From assembly GCA_963717985.1 (NCBI GenBank), contig CAVQYC010000003.1, forward strand, positions 34,314 to 98,313: DNA of 64,000 nucleotides, in the 5' to 3' direction. This document shows positions 57,493 through 64,000 of this stretch, one piece after another. The translations under genes were made by a program, and so were the position numbers. The notes under the pieces are model-generated. The model ran no database searches and was not told the DNA's origin. It saw only the letters and a list, made by a program, of their open reading frames with translations. Position 1 is the stretch's first letter. Each line of letters opens with the position of its first letter. Source of the stretch: an uncultured delta proteobacterium (GTDB taxonomy: Bacteria; Desulfobacterota; Syntrophorhabdia; Syntrophorhabdales; WCHB1-27).

Positions 57493-59301
57493 TGAAGGCG
57501 CGTGAGCCGGAGTCCGCAACCCGCGAGAAGAAGTACAAATGGTGCGAACGGATACTTGTTCTCACCTTGATCGTCCTTTTCATGCGTCTTTTTGACCTCC
57601 AGATATTGAGAGGTGAAGAGATGCTAAGACTCTCCGAGCAAAACCGGGTGCGCATCAAGAAAATCCTGGCGCCCCGAGGGACTATCTTCGACAGAAGCCG
57701 GAAAGATACTGGCGAACACGCGTCCCTCCTTCAACCTTTATCTCATCCCGGAGGACATCAAAGACTTCAGCCAGACCGTCGACGGCCTCGTGCAGCTGCT
57801 CGACATCGACCGGGAAGAGATTATGGAAAAGCTGAAGGACGCGAGAGATTTCCCCTCGTCCTTCGCCGTGAAGATAGCGTCGGATATGTCCATGGACCAG
57901 GTCGCCAAAGTGGAAGCCAACAAGTTTTATCTGCCGGGGGTCGCCATACAGATCGAGCCTAAGCGCAACTACCCCTACAACACGATGCTTTCCCATGCGC
58001 TCGGCTACGTCTCGGAGGTCAGCAGCGAGGAGATGAAGACACCCGACTACAAGAACTATTCCATGGGCGATACCATGGGCAAGTTCGGCTTGGAACGGAT
58101 GTACGAAAAGTATCTCAGGGGCGTTGACGGGGAAAAAAGGGTAGAGGTGGACGCCTCCGGCAAAGAGGTGAGGGTCCTCGACACGATAGAACCCGTGTCG
58201 GGCAATAGCCTCTATCTCAACATTGACATGGAGGTGCAGACAACGGTCGAGCAAGCGCTGGAAGGAAAGAAGGGGGGCGCCGTCATAGCAGACCCCCGCA
58301 CCGGCGGTGTCCTCGCCCTTGTCAGCCACCCTGCCTTCGATCCCAACCAGCTCACCTCGGGGTCCCGGGAATACTGGAAGACTATCGCCACCGATCCGTC
58401 CCACCCGCTTCAGAACAGGGTCACCCAGGGGCGGTTCCCACCCGGATCGACCTTCAAGCCTCTCGTGGCGCTCGCGGCGCTGGAAAAGGGCGCCATCAAT
58501 GAGAATACGACCTTTGGCTGCGGCGGGCACTTCGCCTTCGGCGGACATGTGTTCAAGTGCTGGCAGAAGAGAGGACACGGCTCGGTTTCGCTTCACAAGG
58601 GTATCGTCCAGTCGTGCGACGTCTTTTTCTATAATACGGGCTTGAAGGTGGGAGTGGACAGCATCCATGAAATGGCCGAGCTCATCGGTATCACCAAGCC
58701 CACCGGCGTGGATCTGCCCGGCGAGAAGAGCGGGCTTGTCCCGTCGACTGAATGGAAAAAGCGGACGTACGGTGAGAAATGGTATGAGGGCGAGACAGTC
58801 TCGGTGGCGATAGGCCAGGGCGCCGTCTGGCTCACTCCGATAGGGCTCATGCAGCTCGCCTCCTTCGTGGGCAACGAAGGCGTCACTTTCAAGCCCCAGA
58901 TAGTCAACAGAATAGTCTCTCCCGAGGGGAAAGTCATCAAAAAGTTCGAGCCGGTGATGAGCGCCAATGTGAAACTCGACAAGCACAACATCACTCTGGT
59001 CAAGGAGGCGATGAAAGGCGTGGTGAACGAGCCCGGAGGCACCGCGTACAGCAATGCCCGCCTCGATAACGTGAGCATAAGCGGAAAGACGGGCTCTGCG
59101 CAGTCAGGCTCGGGAGGGGCCGACCACGCGTGGTTTATCGCCTTTGCGCCCAGTGACGCGCCGTCGGTCGCGATGGGTATACTCGTGGAGCACGGTTTGC
59201 ACGGGGCATCCGCAGCAGCTCCTATCGCGAAGGCGGTAGCTCAGACCCTGTTCAAAGAACCTGCTAAAGAAATAAAATCGGCGGCCCTGAATGCACATTG
59301 A
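57492..59301 (+). CDS. mrdA: penicillin-binding protein 2 (elongasome transpeptidase); 1-nt frameshift near 57698 in this sequence
   Basis: Frame 0 reads ..LRGEEMLRLSEQNRVRIKKILAPRGTIFDRS and then nonsense. Frame +1 reads GKILANTRPSFNLYLIPEDIKDF... with STFK (PGSTFKP), SCD (..VQSCDVFF..) and KTG (SGKTGSA). There is an extra c in the cc run at 57698-57699. Confidence 0.9.
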
Positions 59302-60397
59302 CAAAAGACGGCTCTATCACCTCGACTGGTACCTGATCCTCAACGGCCTGGCGCTCCTGGCCATCGGTATGATGAATCTGGTAAGCGCGACGAGGTCGAT
59401 AGACAGCGGCCCCTACAACCTCCTTTTGAAACAGATGGTGGCGCTTTGTGTCGGGGTTGCGGTCCTCTTTGTCATACTTTCCTATGATTACCGCCTCATT
59501 GCCAGCTACGCCAGGCACTTTTACGGGGCAACCCTTTTCTTCGTCGTCTTTGTCCTGATCATCGGCACAATAGCGGGTGGCGCGAAGAGATGGCTCACTA
59601 TCGCCGGAATTGCCTTCCAGCCTTCAGAGCTAATGAAGCCCGTCATGGTTCTCATGCTCGCAAATATGCTCCGCCAGAGAAAAAAAGAGAATGAACCGTT
59701 GAACATGAAAGACATTCTCGTGCCTCTTTTCTACATTTTCGTCCCTTGCATCTTTATCCTGAAGCAGCCCGACCTTGGAACGGCGGTGGTGATTCTCCTC
59801 TCCTGCTTTTCTATCCTCTGGTTCGTGGGCCTCACCAAGCCGACATACTTCTTCCTCGGGTTTGTCGGGCTTTCCTCGGTCCCCGTGCTCTGGACATTTC
59901 TGATGAAGCCTTACCAGAAGATGCGCATCCTCAGCCTTGTCAACCCGGAGCTCGACCCTTCGGGATACGGTTACCATTCGATACAGGCAAAAATCGCTGT
60001 CGGCTCAGGAGGGCTTTTCGGCAAAGGCTATCTGAACGGCACGCAGCACAAGCTTCATTTTATTCCCGAGCACCACACGGACTTCATATTCACGGTTTTC
60101 GGGGAGGAGTGGGGCTTTATCGGATCGATCATCCTGTTTCTGCTCTTCGTGTCTTTTATTTACCGGTGCCTGAAGATATCGCAAAACACCTCGGAGCCCC
60201 TCGGCTCCACTATTTCCTTCGGCATCGCGTCGATTATTTTCATTCAGTTTACGGTCAATATCCTCATGGCCATCAACCTTGCCCCCGTCGTCGGGATCCC
60301 ATTACCCTTCATCAGCTATGGCGGTTCTTCTCTGATATCGACCCTCATAGGGATCGGGCTGTTGCTCAACGTGAATATGAGACGCTATATGTTCTAG
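59291..60397 (+). CDS. rodA: SEDS glycosyltransferase RodA
   Basis: 368 aa, 10-TM FtsW/RodA family (..QPSELMKP.., ..HTDFIF.., ..PLPFISYGGSS..). Confidence 0.92.
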   Translation: MHIDKRRLYHLDWYLILNGLALLAIGMMNLVSATRSIDSGPYNLLLKQMVALCVGVAVLFVILSYDYRLIASYARHFYGATLFFVVFVLIIGTIAGGAKRWLTIAGIAFQPSELMKPVMVLMLANMLRQRKKENEPLNMKDILVPLFYIFVPCIFILKQPDLGTAVVILLSCFSILWFVGLTKPTYFFLGFVGLSSVPVLWTFLMKPYQKMRILSLVNPELDPSGYGYHSIQAKIAVGSGGLFGKGYLNGTQHKLHFIPEHHTDFIFTVFGEEWGFIGSIILFLLFVSFIYRCLKISQNTSEPLGSTISFGIASIIFIQFTVNILMAINLAPVVGIPLPFISYGGSSLISTLIGIGLLLNVNMRRYMF

Positions 60398-60398
60398 C

Positions 60399-60851
60399 TC
60401 ACTTCCCTGCCTCCAGCCATATAGCATACTCGAAGCCGTCCAGTAGGGCCAGAAAAGACGCCATATTGATGTTCTCGGATATGGCCGCGACGCTCCAGAT
60501 CGCGCACCCGTCGGTAAAGATGATCGATACCTCCACGGTGGCGGCGGTCCCGGCCTTGGTGTCGTGGATCCTCGAAGAGAAGTCGAGGAGCTTTATCGCC
60601 CGGATACAGGGAAAAATGGAGGCCAACGACTTCTTCAGCACGTTGGCAAGGGCGTCCACAGGGCCGACCCCTGTTGCGGCCTCGTGCATCTCGCCGTGGT
60701 CGGCCTTGATGCTCACCGTCGCCTCCGGACGATGGCCGTCGTCGATAAGCCGGTACGCCCCGAGAAGCTGAAAGGGCTTCTTGTAGCTGTCCAGGGACCG
60801 GAGGATGTTCAATTCCTTTGTGGCGTCAACGATATTGAGGAGACGTTTCAT
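60399..60851 (-). CDS. stand-alone LeuA/CimA allosteric (LeuA_dimer-type) regulatory-domain protein
   Basis: 150 aa. ..HEAATGVGPVDALANVLKKSL..AIKLLDFSSRIHDTKAGTAATVEVSIIFTDG..WSVAAISENINMASFLALLDGFEYAI is paralogous to the cimA C-terminus (..[73 protein letters not shown]). It overlaps the cimA stop by 4 nt. Confidence 0.7.
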   Translation of the reverse strand: MKRLLNIVDATKELNILRSLDSYKKPFQLLGAYRLIDDGHRPEATVSIKADHGEMHEAATGVGPVDALANVLKKSLASIFPCIRAIKLLDFSSRIHDTKAGTAATVEVSIIFTDGCAIWSVAAISENINMASFLALLDGFEYAIWLEAGK

Positions 60852-62422
60852 GCTTTTTCCTCTTCCAGGAGCAGCTTGTAATCGATGCTGTCCACGAGCG
60901 CCTGCCAGCTTGCCTCGATGATATTCTCGGAGACACCCACCGTCTCCCAGGTCCTGACCCCGTCACTCGACTCGATAAGCACCCTTATTACAGTCCCTGT
61001 GCCTTCCTTCGTCGACAAGGCCCTTACCTTGTAGTCGACAAGGGTCACGGAGCGGAGCACGGGATAGAACGTGTGGAGCGCCTTGCGGAGCGCCCCGTCA
61101 AGGGCGTTGACCGGGCCGTTGCCAAAAGCCGCCGTGTGCTCGATCCTGTCGCCCACCTTTAGCATGATGGTGGCCTCCGAAGGGGCGAGGCTCTTCTCCT
61201 GTCTCTCCGCGACCACACGGAAGCCGATCAGCTCGAAATACTTCTTGTGCATACCCAGGGCCCGCTTCATGAGAAGCTCCAGGGACGCCTCGGCGCCCTC
61301 AAATTTATAGCCTCCGTGTTCCATCTCCTTGACCCGGCGCAGGACCTCGCGTGCCGCCTTTTTGTCGTTTTCCATGTTGATGCCGAATTCCCCGGCTTTG
61401 AGCAGTATGGTGCTCTCCCCGGAAAGGTCGGACACGAGGAACCTTTGGCTATTGCCCACGAGAAGCGGGTCGATATGCTCGTACGTGGCCGGGTTTTTCC
61501 TGACCGCGCTCGCGTGTATGCCCCCTTTGTGCGCAAAGGCCGCGCTTCCCACGTAGGGACGGTTCTTGTTGGGTATCAGGTTGGCTACTTCATCGACAAA
61601 GATGGACAGGTCCCGCAAGGCCCGAAGCTTTGTGCGGTCTATGCCCTCGCAGCCCATCTTCAGGATGAGGTCCGGAATGACGGAGCACAGGTTGGCGTTG
61701 CCGCAGCGCTCGCCGTAGCCGTTCGTCGTGCCCTGCACATGGACGCATCCTGCCCTCACCGCCATAAGGCTATTGGCGACAGCGTTCTCCGTGTCATTAT
61801 GACAATGGATGCCGAGTTTGACCGTAACCGCCCGGCGCAGCTCACCCACCAGGTCGCCTATCTCGAAAGGCATGCCGCCCCCGTTGGTATCGCAAAGCAC
61901 GACTACGTCGGCCCCCGCGCCGACTGCGACCTTAACGACTTTTTCCGCATAGTCCTTGTTGCCCCTGTACCCATCGAAAAAATGCTCGGCGTCAAAGAAT
62001 ACGGTCCTGCCACGCTCCTTCAGGAAACGTATTGTCCGCTCGATCATCGACAGGTTCGTATCGAGGCTGACCCTCAGGGCATCCCTTACGTGCAGGTCCC
62101 AGCTCTTTCCTACGATGGCGACATACTCCGTATCCGCCCGCAGCAGGGGCTGCATGATCTCGTCCCTTTCGGGATCGGAGAGGGAGCCGGCTTTTATGGT
62201 GCTTGAGAAGGCCACGATCCTGGCATGGGCGAGGCGGCACTTTTTCACTTCCTCGAAATACTTCAGGTCCCTCGGGTTCGATCCCGGCCAGCCGCCCTCT
62301 ATGAAATCCATACCGAAGTCATCGAGCTTTTCGGTCACCCTGATCTTGTCGTTCACGGAGAAGGCGATGCCTTCAGACTGCGCGCCGTCCCTCAGGGTGG
62401 TGTCGTAGAAATCGATCCTCAC
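60848..62422 (-). CDS. cimA: (R)-citramalate synthase (CimA-type 2-isopropylmalate synthase homologue)
   Basis: [65 protein letters not shown].. is the TIGR00977-like pattern. 524 aa. Confidence 0.8.
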   Translation of the reverse strand: MRIDFYDTTLRDGAQSEGIAFSVNDKIRVTEKLDDFGMDFIEGGWPGSNPRDLKYFEEVKKCRLAHARIVAFSSTIKAGSLSDPERDEIMQPLLRADTEYVAIVGKSWDLHVRDALRVSLDTNLSMIERTIRFLKERGRTVFFDAEHFFDGYRGNKDYAEKVVKVAVGAGADVVVLCDTNGGGMPFEIGDLVGELRRAVTVKLGIHCHNDTENAVANSLMAVRAGCVHVQGTTNGYGERCGNANLCSVIPDLILKMGCEGIDRTKLRALRDLSIFVDEVANLIPNKNRPYVGSAAFAHKGGIHASAVRKNPATYEHIDPLLVGNSQRFLVSDLSGESTILLKAGEFGINMENDKKAAREVLRRVKEMEHGGYKFEGAEASLELLMKRALGMHKKYFELIGFRVVAERQEKSLAPSEATIMLKVGDRIEHTAAFGNGPVNALDGALRKALHTFYPVLRSVTLVDYKVRALSTKEGTGTVIRVLIESSDGVRTWETVGVSENIIEASWQALVDSIDYKLLLEEEKA

Positions 62423-63651
62423 CGCTCTTCGACGACCTCTTCCGCGTCGAGGCCGAAGGCCGTGTGCAGGGCCCTGACCGCCAGCTCCCCATATTTCTCC
62501 TTGATGACGCAGGATATCTTGATCTCGGAAGTGCTTATCATCTGGAGGTTGATGCCTTCATTCGCAAGGATGGTGAACATCTTTGTGGCAATGCCCGAAT
62601 GGGACCTCATGCCGGAGCCCACGATGGACACCTTTGCGATATCTTCGTCGACCGCCACCAGCTTCGCGCCCAATTCACCCGCTACTTTTTCCATGATCTT
62701 GTATGCCTTTTTGGCGTCTGCCTTTGCCGTGGTGAAGGTCATATCGGTATACCCCTTGTGGCTCACATTCTGGACGATCATGTCGACCACGATGTTCGCC
62801 TCCGCAAGGGGCGTGAATATCGTGGAAGCCGTGCCGGGCCTGTCAGGCACCTCGCTCACCGTTATTTTCGCCTCGTTCTTGTTATAGGTCACACCCGAAA
62901 CCACTACCTGCTCCATCGTCGGTACCTCCTCACAGACAAGTGTCCCCTTGCCTTCGATGAAAGACGACTTCACCAGAAGGGGAACCTTATATTTCCTGGC
63001 TAGCTCAACCGAGCGTATCTGCAGCACTTTGGCCCCGAGACTCGCCATCTCCAGCATCTCCTCATAGGATACGCGGTCGAGCCGCCTCGCCCGCGCCGTG
63101 ATGTTCGGGTCCGTGGTGTAAACGCCGTCTACGTCGGTATAAATCTCACACAGGTCCGCATGCAGCGCCGCCGCCACCGCTACGGCCGTCGTATCCGAGC
63201 CGCCGCGGCCCAGCGTCGTGATGTTGCCCCTGTCGTCAATGCCCTGGAAACCGGGGATCACCACGACCTTTCCTTCCCGCAGGTACGAGGTCATCCTCTC
63301 CCCCTCTATGTCCTCGATCCTGGCCTTCCCATGGGCCGAATCGGTGACGATCCTGATCTGGGACCCGAGCAGCGAGACGGCGTCCGTGCCCCTCTCCTTC
63401 AGGGTGAGGGCAAGGAGGGCCGCAGTCACCTGTTCGCCCGTGGAAAGGAGCACATCAAGCTCCCGCTCGTCAGGCAGCGCTGAGAGCGACGCGGCGAGAC
63501 CCAGAAGCCGGTCGGTCTCTCCCGACATGGCGGAAACCACCACTATCAGGTCCGCCCCCGTGTGCTTGTAGGCGATAACCTTTTCGGCAACGTTCCGTAT
63601 GCGCTCAGGACTCCCCACGGAAGTGCCGCCATATTTGTGCACGACCAACAT
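62419..63651 (-). CDS. lysC: aspartate kinase (two C-terminal ACT domains)
   Basis: [40 protein letters not shown]... Confidence 0.95.
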   Translation of the reverse strand: MLVVHKYGGTSVGSPERIRNVAEKVIAYKHTGADLIVVVSAMSGETDRLLGLAASLSALPDERELDVLLSTGEQVTAALLALTLKERGTDAVSLLGSQIRIVTDSAHGKARIEDIEGERMTSYLREGKVVVIPGFQGIDDRGNITTLGRGGSDTTAVAVAAALHADLCEIYTDVDGVYTTDPNITARARRLDRVSYEEMLEMASLGAKVLQIRSVELARKYKVPLLVKSSFIEGKGTLVCEEVPTMEQVVVSGVTYNKNEAKITVSEVPDRPGTASTIFTPLAEANIVVDMIVQNVSHKGYTDMTFTTAKADAKKAYKIMEKVAGELGAKLVAVDEDIAKVSIVGSGMRSHSGIATKMFTILANEGINLQMISTSEIKISCVIKEKYGELAVRALHTAFGLDAEEVVEER

Positions 63652-64000
63652 CCTCTACCTCCATCACGATCATTCTTTCCTCTTCCCCCGCAACCTCCAG
63701 GTTAACCTTTATCCCAGCCCCCCATGGAGGGAAACGCTCCGCCCATTCGACGGCCACGACCCCCTTGTCGAGGAAGTCCTCTATATCAAGTGTCGTCGAC
63801 GGCATCGGCCCCTATCCTGTAGAGGTCCACGTGGCATAGGTCTATCCTGCCCTCGTACACATTCATGAGCGTGAAGGAGGGAGAAAGGACGTACTGCCAG
63901 TCGGGAACCCCCATGCCCCGGGCCAAGCCCTTCACCCACTGCGTCTTCCCCGCGCCCAGTTCCCCGTAGAGCAGAAACAGATCGCCTGTGAGTGCGGACC
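63605..64000 (-). CDS. tsaE: tRNA t6A ATPase TsaE (partial at window end; frameshift near 63810 in this sequence)
   Basis: One frame reads ..[51 protein letters not shown]. It then continues in another frame as ..[21 protein letters not shown]... Confidence 0.8.

Noticed and set aside
63605-63805. The 66-aa ORF treated as a separate gene.
   Set aside because: Its sequence (..[21 protein letters not shown]..) is the C-terminal part of TsaE, displaced by a frameshift. I merged it into the tsaE feature.

Overview
The window is a 64-kb stretch of a GC-rich bacterial chromosome. I counted about 57% G+C in typical 60-nt lines. Almost all genes have strong GGAGG-type ribosome-binding sites. The gene content includes an octahaem cytochrome, DapL, CimA, a Re-citrate-synthase-like enzyme, a 2-hydroxyacyl-CoA dehydratase and a candidate selenoprotein. 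This suggests an anaerobic Deltaproteobacteria- or Nitrospirota-like lineage, but that is inference only.

Layout:
- 1-17.3 kb, all minus strand: a decayed alpha-amylase remnant, a GH63-like glucosidase, two Cys-type sulfatases, an outer-membrane barrel, an outer-membrane-transporter remnant, a pLGIC-like channel, an octahaem cytochrome-HEAT/TPR fusion, a DUF3313 lipoprotein and a four-gene Mla/Pqi-like ABC system.
- 17.5-18.0 kb: a PAS/REC chimeric gene remnant.
- 18.26-25.47 kb: a 7.2-kb island integrated at tRNA-Asn(GUU). It carries a P4-type integrase, AlpA, an AEP primase, a DUF3987 helicase-like protein, a Nu1-like HTH protein, AT-rich HNH cargo and an unknown protein.
- 25.5-64 kb: housekeeping genes (tyrS, ymdB, rny, zapAB, prfB, aspS, mazEF, a hybrid sensor kinase, dapL, tldD, rsmA, tsaD, mreBCD-mrdA-rodA, cimA, lysC, tsaE).

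Main non-routine observations:
1. A rhodanese-MoeB/ThiF fusion has an in-frame TGA exactly at the conserved active-site Cys, followed by a hairpin. It is a candidate selenoprotein.
2. A ~78-bp GC-rich repeat family has 4 copies, all placed directly behind stop codons in one orientation. Two copies are bracketed by perfect 55- and 57-bp duplications of the gene 3' end that begin exactly at the stop codon.
3. The tRNA-Asn island has satellite-like gene content.
4. Single-nucleotide frameshifts in rny, ymdB, prfB, mrdA and tsaE most likely reflect sequence quality.

No rRNA gene or CRISPR array was seen. All family assignments come from motif recall, not database searches.
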